From positions 14,421 to 78,420 of the forward strand of contig CAIJNL010000026.1 in the NCBI GenBank assembly GCA_903822005.1: a DNA stretch of 64,000 nucleotides, in the 5' to 3' direction. How positions within the stretch are numbered: the stretch's first letter is position 1; each line of letters opens with the position of its first letter. Positions 56,181-64,000 of the stretch are shown here, piece by piece. The translations under genes were made by a program, and so were the position numbers. The DNA is from an uncultured Nitrospiraceae bacterium (GTDB lineage: Bacteria > Nitrospirota > Thermodesulfovibrionia > Thermodesulfovibrionales > Dissulfurispiraceae). The notes beneath the pieces were generated by a model. That model made no database searches. It was not told the origin of the DNA and saw nothing but the letters and a program-made list of their open reading frames with translations.

Positions 56181-57542
56181 TTACAATCTCTCTGAGGTTA
56201 TAAGTTCTGCCAGCCTGACACTATTGGCTATGCAGTCGTTTACCGCAATACCATGGTAGGCGTTGCCTGCCAGATACAAACCCTTATGTTTTGCCAAGGC
56301 ATTATCGAGCGCTTCGAGTTTCAGGTAATGGCCCAGCTCATATTGCGGTATCGCCCTCTCCCACCTGTAGACCCTCACGAAATCGGGCTCGGCTTTAAGG
56401 TCCATTATGTCCGCAAGCTCATTGCGCACAAGGCTTATCAGCTTTTCATCATCCAGCATCGAAAGTTCCGAGGCCCTTGCGCCGCCGACCATAGTGCGCA
56501 TTAAAACATGTCCTTCAGGCGCACGCTCCCCGAATATGCTCGAATCAAACAGTGTGCCGAGTATCTTCTTTTTCTCTTTGCCCGGCACCAGGAAACCGAA
56601 AAATCCGACATCCCGGGTAATTTTTTCTTTCCTGAAGCCGAAAGAAACGACCGAAAGGGCCGGATATGGTATTGTCGTCAGGATATCATGAATGGACCTG
56701 TCAAAGTCCCGCACTATATCAGCGCTGTTGTGAGCCGGCGAAGCAAGGACAACGCAATCGGCCTCGTATGTGGAACCGTCAGTAAAGTGCAGCCTGTAAC
56801 CGCCCGAAGTCTTCTCGATGCCTTTTGCTGCCTTTCCCATAATAACCCTCTCGCCAAGTATATTAACCAGTGTCTCGATAAGGCTGTACATCCCGCCGCT
56901 GAATGACATGAGCGTGCCGCCAGGTCCTGCCTCGACTTTTTTACCTGATCTTTTCGCTTCTTTTCCCAGTACCATAAAACCTTTTATAAGTCCGCCATAC
57001 TTCCGCTCAAGATCGTATACCTTGCTGAAACAACTCCTGATGCTCATCTTCGAAGGATCACCCGCATAGACCCCTGATGCCATAGGATCGAGCAGTTTTT
57101 CGAAAAATTCCCGGCCTACCCTCCGCCTCGCAAAATTCTCAAGGGTTTCGTCATCCTTGTATGCCTGTGGAACAAAATATTCCCCAATCATACGCAAGCG
57201 TCCCGGCAGGCTCAGAAAATTCGACATGAAGAATTTCGACACGGACTCGGGCAGTTGCTGAAGCGCACCGTTCGTATAAATAAAACGTTTACGTGAAGCA
57301 TCGTTGCTTCGTACCGGAGGCAGCTTAATCCGGTCGGCAAGTTCAAGCGTGGCGGGCTTGTTGTTAAGGAAACCATTGACACCTGCCTCGCAGATATAGC
57401 CATCAGCCTTTTCAGTATAGATCTTGCCGCCGGGCCGCTTGTCAGCCTCGAATACCTTGATATCAAAATCCCTCTTTTTGCCCATCAGCTCACAGGCAAG
57501 AGAAAGACCGGAAATGCCGCCGCCAACAATTGCTATCTTCAT
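56181..57542 (-). CDS. hemY: Protoporphyrinogen/coproporphyrinogen oxidase, HemY (PPOX) family
   Basis: MKIAIVGGGISGLS (start at 57542) is an FAD Rossmann motif. At about 453 aa, with a typical HemY C-terminus (GNAYHGIAVNDCI). Confidence 0.85.
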   Translation of the reverse strand: MKIAIVGGGISGLSLACELMGKKRDFDIKVFEADKRPGGKIYTEKADGYICEAGVNGFLNNKPATLELADRIKLPPVRSNDASRKRFIYTNGALQQLPESVSKFFMSNFLSLPGRLRMIGEYFVPQAYKDDETLENFARRRVGREFFEKLLDPMASGVYAGDPSKMSIRSCFSKVYDLERKYGGLIKGFMVLGKEAKRSGKKVEAGPGGTLMSFSGGMYSLIETLVNILGERVIMGKAAKGIEKTSGGYRLHFTDGSTYEADCVVLASPAHNSADIVRDFDRSIHDILTTIPYPALSVVSFGFRKEKITRDVGFFGFLVPGKEKKKILGTLFDSSIFGERAPEGHVLMRTMVGGARASELSMLDDEKLISLVRNELADIMDLKAEPDFVRVYRWERAIPQYELGHYLKLEALDNALAKHKGLYLAGNAYHGIAVNDCIANSVRLAELITSERL

Positions 57543-57699
57543 ATATCCCCCTCGGATCATCTGCTTCAAGTAGGATTATAACCCAAAGAAGTTGTTAAAT
57601 ACGCATAGAAACAGAAGCCGCTGTTGCGCAGGTCCCTAAAGATCACTACTATGATAGTAGAAACCGGATTGTCCGGTATTAACCCTGGAGGGCCTTATC

Positions 57700-58560
57700 A
57701 TGAAGATAGTTGCTAGCGGCATAACAGGATTCATAGGCAGTTATCTTAAGACTGAGTTTGTTGTAAACCGGGGGTGGCAGGTTGAAGCCCTTCGCACAGA
57801 TGATTTCAGTCTCCCTGATGATGAGTTCCTAAAAAAACTTAATGGCGCCGACGTAATCATAAATCTTGCCGGCGCAACGATATCCGCCCGCTGGACAGAG
57901 GATTACAAAAAGCTTCTTTATAGCAGCAGGATAGATACTACCAGAAAGATTGTGGGCGCGATCGCAAAACTTAAAAAGAAACCGAAGCTCTTTATATCCG
58001 CCTCTGCAGTCGGCAGGTATGCCGCCGAGGGTGTTCATACTGAGGAAAAAGGAGTTTATGCCACGGACTTCCTTGGCAGGCTTGCTGAAGCCTGGGAGGC
58101 CGAGGCCCTTAAAGCGGCAGATGCCGGGGTGCGGACAGTCATCTTCAGGTTCGGTGTAGTTCTGGGGCCTGGCGGCGGTTTACTTGCGAAGCTGATGCTC
58201 CCATTCAGGTTAGGACTGGGCGGCACTATCGGCGACGGTAAGCAGCCATGTTCCTGGGTGCATATCAGGGACATAGCAGATGCTTTTTTGGCGGCCATTG
58301 ATAACACAAAATTTTCCGGGATATACAACCTCACTGCTCCAAACCCGACCACGAACGGTGGACTGACCAAAGCCATCGGCGGCGCGCTTCACAGGCCGAC
58401 CATATTCAGGATACCAAAACTGGCGCTCCGGCTTAAATTCGGTGAAGGCGCCGAGACCTTTGCTTCCGGCCAGAGTGTTCTGCCAAAGCGGCTTTTGGAT
58501 GCCGGTTTCAGGTTTTCGTTTGTCACGGTAGAAGAAGCAGTCAGAGATATAGTAAAATAG
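57700..58560 (+). CDS. TIGR01777/YfcH-type atypical SDR (epimerase family, DUF1731 C-terminus)
   Basis: MKIVASGITGFIGSYL is at the N-terminus. 286 aa. The C-terminus GQSVLPKRLLDAGFRFSF is typical of the YfcH family. Confidence 0.82.
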   Translation: MKIVASGITGFIGSYLKTEFVVNRGWQVEALRTDDFSLPDDEFLKKLNGADVIINLAGATISARWTEDYKKLLYSSRIDTTRKIVGAIAKLKKKPKLFISASAVGRYAAEGVHTEEKGVYATDFLGRLAEAWEAEALKAADAGVRTVIFRFGVVLGPGGGLLAKLMLPFRLGLGGTIGDGKQPCSWVHIRDIADAFLAAIDNTKFSGIYNLTAPNPTTNGGLTKAIGGALHRPTIFRIPKLALRLKFGEGAETFASGQSVLPKRLLDAGFRFSFVTVEEAVRDIVK

Positions 58561-58749
58561 AAATCATTCAAACAGGAAAAGCGCTTGATCAGTAACGGTG
58601 TCACAGGTCGTTATGCTCAACGCAGCAGAAACAGCCGCTGTTTACGTATTCAAACCTCATGAATACGATGTCCTTTTCAGATATTATTCACGACATCCTT
58701 ATATAGTTAGCTGACAAGAAAACAAGCCCTGGGGCCGCGCAAGGAGACA

Positions 58750-60315
58750 ATGAAGACAGATTATCTTGTCATAGGAAGCGGAGTTGCGGGTCTGAGGGCG
58801 GCCATCGAGCTTTCGAGGCATGGAGAGGTCATTGTCGTTACGAAAGACAGCATTACCGAAAGCTGCACCGAGTATGCGCAGGGCGGTGTGGCGGTCGCAT
58901 TAAGCGACGAGGACGAGGTAGGCATCCACCTTACCGATACACTCAGGGCCGGCGACGGACTTTGCAGGCAGGAGGCGGTCAAGACCCTGGTGGAGGAAGG
59001 TCCTGACAGGATACTGGAACTGATTGACTGGGGTGCGCAGTTTGACAGGGAAGGCCCGAAACTCGCTTTTACCAGGGAGGCGGCCCATTCAAAAAAGAGG
59101 ATACTCCACGCAAGCGGCGATTCGACCGGCATGGAGATCGGCCGCGTCCTGATCAACCATGTTAAGTCCCTGCCCGGAGTCAACAGGTACCCATTCAGTA
59201 CTGCCACGGAGCTCATTATGGACGACGACTGCTGCGTCGGTGCGCGGGTGCTTAACAACGGAGAGGTAACAGATATCCATGCGCGCGCCACCCTGCTCGC
59301 TACCGGAGGTGCCGGACAGGTATATTCGAGGACTACCAATCCTGATGTCGCGACCGGCGACGGCCTTGCGCTGGCATACAGGGCAGGCGCCGTGCTTGAA
59401 GATATGGAATTCATACAGTTCCATCCCACCGCGCTGTTTTTGCCCGGCGCGCCTCACTTTCTGCTGTCCGAAGCCATGAGGGGAGAAGGCGCTCTTTTAA
59501 GGAACATTGACGGCAATTTATTCATGCATAAATACCATGCTGATTCCGAACTCGCGCCCCGCGACGTAGTGTCGAGGGCCGTAATTTCGGAAATCGCAGA
59601 GACCGGCTCCAGCCATGTCCTGCTGGACCTGACGCATCTGGCTCCGGGATTTGTAAAAAAACGCTTCCCGCGGATATTCGATACCTGTCTTAAATATGAG
59701 ATAGACATTGCGAAGATGCAGATACCGGTATCTCCGGCCGCCCATTATATGATGGGAGGCATTAAGACGGACCTCGATGGAAAGACCAGTATCCGCGGTC
59801 TGTTCGCGGCAGGAGAGACGGCCTGCACCGGAGTTCATGGCGCGAACCGGCTCGCCAGCAACAGTCTGCTGGAAGGGCTTGTATACGGATATAGAACAGC
59901 CAGAGCGGCTGCTGTTTATGGCCTTCAGTCCCGCGACGTCATGCCTGCCACGGGTCCGGATACAGCCTCCCCTGGCGGCACTGATGCGTCGCTGGATATC
60001 GCGGATACAAAGAAGACAATCAGGGACATAATGTGGGAATCTGCAGGCATTATACGCAGCGCCAATTCACTCGCAGACGCAAGGCAGCGCTTAATGGCAA
60101 TGAAAGAGATCATGGGCATAAATTTTGATTCCAGATCAGGGGTAGAGTTGCGTAATTTGCTGACAGTTGCGATAATGATTACTGAAGCCGCCCTGTCAAG
60201 GGAAGGCAGCGTTGGCGCCCACTACCGCTCTGATTTTCCGTCGCGCGGCAGTGCCTGGCAGAAGCATCTGGGTCTCACAAAATCCGGTAATGAGGTGAGA
60301 AAGACATGGACATAA
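58750..60315 (+). CDS. nadB: L-aspartate oxidase
   Basis: DYLVIGSGVAGL, TEYAQGG and FHPT are present, with a C-terminal helical domain. 521 aa. Confidence 0.92.
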   Translation: MKTDYLVIGSGVAGLRAAIELSRHGEVIVVTKDSITESCTEYAQGGVAVALSDEDEVGIHLTDTLRAGDGLCRQEAVKTLVEEGPDRILELIDWGAQFDREGPKLAFTREAAHSKKRILHASGDSTGMEIGRVLINHVKSLPGVNRYPFSTATELIMDDDCCVGARVLNNGEVTDIHARATLLATGGAGQVYSRTTNPDVATGDGLALAYRAGAVLEDMEFIQFHPTALFLPGAPHFLLSEAMRGEGALLRNIDGNLFMHKYHADSELAPRDVVSRAVISEIAETGSSHVLLDLTHLAPGFVKKRFPRIFDTCLKYEIDIAKMQIPVSPAAHYMMGGIKTDLDGKTSIRGLFAAGETACTGVHGANRLASNSLLEGLVYGYRTARAAAVYGLQSRDVMPATGPDTASPGGTDASLDIADTKKTIRDIMWESAGIIRSANSLADARQRLMAMKEIMGINFDSRSGVELRNLLTVAIMITEAALSREGSVGAHYRSDFPSRGSAWQKHLGLTKSGNEVRKTWT

Positions 60316-61718
60316 GAAAGGCAAAAATCGTAGGGACTCTTGGTCCGTCATCATGCAGTAAAAAGACGATAGGCGCCCTTATCAGCGCTGGACTCGATGT
60401 TGCCCGGCTCAATTTCTCTCATGGTGAGCATGACTTTCATGAGCAGGTATTTTCATTTGCCCGAAAAGAAGCTGCAAGGCAGGGCAGGACCCTTTCGATC
60501 ATGCAGGACCTGCAGGGCATCAAAATCCGCGTAGGTGACATCGAGGGCGGCGGCATGCATCTCAGGCCGGGCGAAAAAGTCTTTCTGCTTCCGGGCAGAG
60601 AACTCGGCGGCAAAGACAGTATCTACATCTCATATCCCGCATTATTAAAAGACGTCAAGGAAGGTGAAGACATCCTTTTTGATGACGGCATTATCAAGGT
60701 AAGAGTTATCGGCAAGACAAAGACCGCCCTCAGGGCCGAGGTCATAGAGGGCGGCCTGCTGAAATCCAGAAAAGGCGCGAACCTTCCTTCCACCAAGACC
60801 TCTCTTGCTTCCTTTACCGAAAAAGACAAAAGGGATTTCAAATTCGGCCTGAAGCTAGGCTTTGATTATCTGGCGGTATCTTTTGTAAGGAGCGCCGAAG
60901 ACATAGCGAATGTGACCGCTTGGGCCAAAAAGAACGGCCTGCAGCTTCCCCCGATAATCGCGAAGATCGAAAAGCCGGCTGCCCTGAAAAATATAAACGA
61001 GATCATGGACTCGGTAGAAGGCATAATGGTCGCAAGGGGAGATCTCGGAGTGGAGCTGAGCACCCAGCAGGTGCCGGTTGTCCAGAAGATGCTCATTGAT
61101 CTTGCGAACAAGAAAGGCAAGCTTGTTATCACAGCCACACAGATGCTCGAATCGATGACCCATCACACCCGTCCGACCAGGGCAGAGGCATCGGATGTTG
61201 CCAATGCCATTCTTGACGGCACTGATGCCGTAATGCTCTCAGCCGAAACAGCAGCAGGCAAGTACCCAGTCGAGGCAGTCAAGATGATGGACCTTATAAT
61301 CAGAAATACCGAGCTGAATTTCCCTGACAAGCTGAAAGCCATGTACCATTCCGAGAACAGGTTCTCGGAAGCAGTGGCCCTCGGCGCCTGCATGGCCGCG
61401 CAGAGCATCAACGCCAAGCTAATCGTAGTTTTTACACAGTCGGGTTACGCTGCACGCCTGCTCTCAAAACTGCGCCCCAAGGTGCCCATAGTGGCCTTTA
61501 CGCCGGACCCCATAGTTCTGAACCGGATGTCGCTGTACTGGGGCACGATATCAAGGCTTATCTCTCACAAGGACATATTCATGGAGAACGACCTCCTTGC
61601 AGACATCGAAAAGACACTTGTCAAACAGGGGCTTGTGAAAAGGGGCAACAGCATTGTATTTGTAGCGAGTTCTCCGTTCCTCGGGAAGCATAATGTCATA
61701 AGGCTTCACAAGGTATAA
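60306..61718 (+). CDS. pyk: Pyruvate kinase
   Basis: KIVGTLGPSS, ARLNFSHG and MVARGDLGVE are present. 470 aa. It overlaps the nadB stop by 10 nt. Confidence 0.93.
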   Translation: MDIRKAKIVGTLGPSSCSKKTIGALISAGLDVARLNFSHGEHDFHEQVFSFARKEAARQGRTLSIMQDLQGIKIRVGDIEGGGMHLRPGEKVFLLPGRELGGKDSIYISYPALLKDVKEGEDILFDDGIIKVRVIGKTKTALRAEVIEGGLLKSRKGANLPSTKTSLASFTEKDKRDFKFGLKLGFDYLAVSFVRSAEDIANVTAWAKKNGLQLPPIIAKIEKPAALKNINEIMDSVEGIMVARGDLGVELSTQQVPVVQKMLIDLANKKGKLVITATQMLESMTHHTRPTRAEASDVANAILDGTDAVMLSAETAAGKYPVEAVKMMDLIIRNTELNFPDKLKAMYHSENRFSEAVALGACMAAQSINAKLIVVFTQSGYAARLLSKLRPKVPIVAFTPDPIVLNRMSLYWGTISRLISHKDIFMENDLLADIEKTLVKQGLVKRGNSIVFVASSPFLGKHNVIRLHKV

Positions 61719-61792
61719 CACAAAACATTAAAGATACGGCGGGAGCTATTTTTTCTTCTGACTGACTGCTGCTGATTCTGGGCTGAAGGCCC

Positions 61793-62884
61793 TCAATTGT
61801 GGCTGTTGAATATTTCGTCGAATTTGGAAGAAATCTTTTTAAAGGCCTCGAATATGTCGGGATCAAAGTGATGCGGCATGGTCCTGCCGTCTCCCTGTGT
61901 GATTATCTTCGCCGCTTCCTCATGGGTCAGCGGCAGCTTGTAGGGCCTCAAACCCCTCAGGGCATCATACTGGTCGCACAGCATGACAATCCGGCCCTCG
62001 ATAGGCGTTTCGTCCTTCTTCAGTCCGCGGGGGTAACCGGTCCCGTCCCAGCGCTCATGGTGGTTAAGGGCTATTGATGCAGCCATCTGAATGAAGGGAT
62101 AGGAAGAGCCCGACAAGATCTTTTCGCCTATCCTGGCATGTGTCTTCATGATGGCAAACTCTCCGGCTGTAAGCGCTGCTGGCTTCAGCAGGATGGTATC
62201 GGGTATGCCGACCTTGCCGATGTCGTGCAAAGGACTTGCAAAAGAGATGGCGGCCACAAGGCTGGGTGAGAGGCCGATGGCCTCGGCCAGTTCCGTGGCA
62301 TAATAGCCCATGCGGGAATTATGGTAGCCCGTCTCGGTATCGCGGAACTCTGCCACGGCAGTAAGCCTGGTTATGAGTTCGTTGCTCATGTTCTTGAGCA
62401 TGGACAGGGCCTCTCTCAGCTCACTCGTTCTCTTCTCGACCGTCTCCTCAAGGATCCTTTTGTATTCCTTCTCCTTTTCGATAAGCCTGCGGTAAAGTAT
62501 CGCCTTTTCTATCGAATGGATAAGCTGCTCAGACCTGTAGGGTTTGATGATGAAATCAAAGACGCCTTTTTTTATCGCATCTACCGCTATGTCCACCTCG
62601 GCGTGGGCGGTCATCAGTATGACAGGCACATCCGGCCTCAAATTGCAGATTTTTTCGAGAAGTTCAATGCCTGTTGTTACAGGCATCTTGATATCTGTCA
62701 GCACTACATCAACTGGTTTGTTCTGGAAGTGGGCAAAGGCATCGCCGGCATTGTGGCAGGCTACATAGTCGTATCCGTATTCGCCCATGAGGGAAGAGAC
62801 AAACTCAAGGACATATGGGTCGTCGTCGACCAGCAGTATTTTTGCTCTTTCTTCGGGTTCAGGGTTGCTAATCGTCTCTTCCAT
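61793..62884 (-). CDS. Response regulator with HD-GYP phosphodiesterase output domain (RpfG-like)
   Basis: The REC domain reads ILLVDDDP...[10 protein letters not shown]. The HD-GYP domain reads [11 protein letters not shown]...[14 protein letters not shown]. Confidence 0.88.
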   Translation of the reverse strand: MEETISNPEPEERAKILLVDDDPYVLEFVSSLMGEYGYDYVACHNAGDAFAHFQNKPVDVVLTDIKMPVTTGIELLEKICNLRPDVPVILMTAHAEVDIAVDAIKKGVFDFIIKPYRSEQLIHSIEKAILYRRLIEKEKEYKRILEETVEKRTSELREALSMLKNMSNELITRLTAVAEFRDTETGYHNSRMGYYATELAEAIGLSPSLVAAISFASPLHDIGKVGIPDTILLKPAALTAGEFAIMKTHARIGEKILSGSSYPFIQMAASIALNHHERWDGTGYPRGLKKDETPIEGRIVMLCDQYDALRGLRPYKLPLTHEEAAKIITQGDGRTMPHHFDPDIFEAFKKISSKFDEIFNSHN

Positions 62885-62895
62885 ATCGCTATAAT

Positions 62896-62924
62896 ATAAT
62901 AACTACAGGCTCTTATTTTATCAA
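62896..62924 (-). promoter_or_regulatory. Candidate promoter TTGATA-17 nt-TATTAT placed 11 nt from the regulator ATG (near-leaderless)
   Basis: Minus strand: TTGATA (62919-62924) and TATTAT (62896-62901), then ATTATAGCGAT-ATG with no SD. Confidence 0.3.
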
Positions 62925-62989
62925 ACCGTGATTGACAAAGCCGTATTCCATGGAATCATATGCGCACGGGCCGGAGGAGGTGCAAGACA

Positions 62990-63688
62990 TTGAGCCTCAA
63001 TGGAATAGTCATACCAACTGTTTTTGAAGCGGAACTCGTTATTGAAGCAATTTGCAACAAGGAAGAATTCGTCATCCAGGGCAAATCGTTCTTTAAGGGA
63101 TATCTGGACAGTACGGCCGTTACGCTGGTTGTTTGCGGTATGGGAAAAACGAACGCCGCGCAAGGGTCCGCGCTTTTGTTTGAACGCTTCAGTCCTTCCC
63201 GCTTAATTGTCCTCGGGGTTGGAGGGGCCTATCCGTCATGCGGGCTTGGGATTGGGGATATCGCGGTTGCTGAATCTGAGATATATGGGGACGAAGGCCT
63301 GATGACTGGTGCCGGGATTCAGACAATGGATGCCCTGCAGCTGCCTCTTGCATCGGTCGGTCAAAAAAACTTTTACAATGAATTCCCGCTCTTTATACCC
63401 GAAACCCTGGCGAGCCATAAACACAGAGGAGCTTTTGTAACTGTCTCTGCCTGCACGGGAAGCACGAAGGCCGGCTTTGAAATCAGCAAAAGGTTTAATG
63501 CCATATGCGAAAATATGGAGGGTGCAGCAGTCGCCCATATAGGGGTCCTGAACAATGTCCCCGTTACCGAGATCAGGGGCATCAGCAATATCATAGAAGA
63601 CCGCAAAGGAAAACCCCTCGACAGGACAGCCCTGCTCATGGCGGCCGAAAAAGTGCAGAGGTTTTTTATGGAAAAGGTGGTGAATTGA
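62990..63688 (+). CDS. mqnB: Futalosine hydrolase (MqnB; MTA/SAH-nucleosidase fold)
   Basis: The PNP_UDP_1-type pattern is present (GMGKTNAA, GVGGAYPS, ENMEGAAVA) at about 232 aa. The TTG at 62990 has a GGAGGAGG SD 9 nt upstream. ATG 62960 in the ORF track has none. Confidence 0.7.
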   Translation: MSLNGIVIPTVFEAELVIEAICNKEEFVIQGKSFFKGYLDSTAVTLVVCGMGKTNAAQGSALLFERFSPSRLIVLGVGGAYPSCGLGIGDIAVAESEIYGDEGLMTGAGIQTMDALQLPLASVGQKNFYNEFPLFIPETLASHKHRGAFVTVSACTGSTKAGFEISKRFNAICENMEGAAVAHIGVLNNVPVTEIRGISNIIEDRKGKPLDRTALLMAAEKVQRFFMEKVVN

Positions 63689-63738
63689 GACTGACCGCAA
63701 AGGTTTTAGAGACAAACCAGACCCTGATTCTCTGTCGG

Positions 63739-64000
63739 TTACTGATCAGTTGGCCGGCCGGTCATCATGTCATGGGGATGAGCCAATAACTCTTTCACCA
63801 ACTGCTTAAGAGATACAAAAGCGACCCTCACGCCGTCAAAGTCCCTCCGGAACGATCTATCGACATCCTGGCAGACAACGTAATTGAGTCCGGACGGATA
63901 TAACCGGCGAAAAGCCTTCATAGCTTTATACGAAAATCTCTCGCTGGACCATTTGCACTCGATTGCAACAGGCGCCTTCTTGTCACTGCGGTTGGGGATA
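63739..64000 (-). CDS. C-terminal fragment of an AAA/DUF4143-type ATP-binding protein (gene continues beyond the window)
   Basis: The frame is open to base 63999. The translation ...IPNRSDKKAPVAIECKWSSERFSYKAMKAFRRLYPSGLNYVVC... matches the (I/V)E(V/C)KWS restriction-endonuclease-like C-terminal pattern of DUF4143 proteins. Confidence 0.45.
   Translation of the reverse strand, partial: IPNRSDKKAPVAIECKWSSERFSYKAMKAFRRLYPSGLNYVVCQDVDRSFRRDFDGVRVAFVSLKQLVKELLAHPHDMMTGRPTDQ

Noticed and set aside
1-64000. Looked for CRISPR arrays, transposases/integrases, phage genes, toxin-antitoxin pairs and known defence-system genes
   Set aside because: I saw no regularly spaced direct repeats and no ORF with DDE/tyrosine-recombinase/serine-recombinase motifs. 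No small paired ORFs or nuclease/helicase/ATPase defence modules were seen either. The only candidate is the truncated DUF4143 ATPase at the right edge, which cannot be evaluated from 87 codons.

Overview
This is a 64-kb chromosomal window, about 50% GC, from a diderm (Gram-negative) bacterium. The gene content (Rnf complex, futalosine-pathway MqnB, TrpB2, HemY, LptD/MsbA, HD-GYP and GAF/PAS signalling) suggests an anaerobic Nitrospirota- or Deltaproteobacteria-like lineage, but that is only a guess. Coding density is high and most genes are recognisable.

Layout, left to right:
1. The 5' part (at least 1300 codons) of a giant secreted SpvB/FG-GAP/RHS toxin-shell gene that runs off the left edge.
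2. A tightly coupled minus-strand housekeeping array: trpB-trpA-accD-folC-lptD-truB-purB.
3. A divergent trpB2-trpF-GT2 unit.
4. A minus-strand envelope glycan/LPS locus of about 20 kb (16.2-36.2 kb). It holds queF, msbA, an O-antigen-ligase-like gene, galE, a TylF-type methyltransferase, four GT9, five GT4, two CgeB-like genes, one GT-A gene and three sugar-nucleotide modifying enzymes.
5. A GlcD-like FAD oxidase.
6. rnfCDGEAB, with a polyferredoxin-type RnfB.
7. An MBL-hydrolase-surE-pcm unit.
8. galT-glgA fused by overlapping codons to a soluble GAF-PAS-GAF-PAS histidine kinase, a single-domain response regulator and an RlmD/RumA-type methyltransferase.
9. A small stress region (csbD-like, usp, an orphan secreted Cys-rich protein), then suhB, hemY, a YfcH-type SDR, nadB and pyk.
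10. An HD-GYP response regulator, mqnB, and the 3' end of a DUF4143 ATPase gene.

I found no rRNA, tRNA, CRISPR array, transposase or integrase. I cannot point to a convincing new multi-gene system.

The least explained sequence is non-coding:
- An 807-bp ORF-free gap (54208-55014) with a ~100-nt rod-like hairpin.
- Two tandem rod-like imperfect palindromes (13-bp and 25-bp perfect closing stems) between suhB and hemY.
- A terminator-bounded ~350-nt untranslated unit just upstream of the toxin gene.
- A 33-nt perfect palindrome between csbD and usp.
- A trpB whose conserved N-terminus is encoded upstream of any ATG/GTG/TTG codon.

Every function call rests on my own reading of the translated motifs. 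No database search was run.
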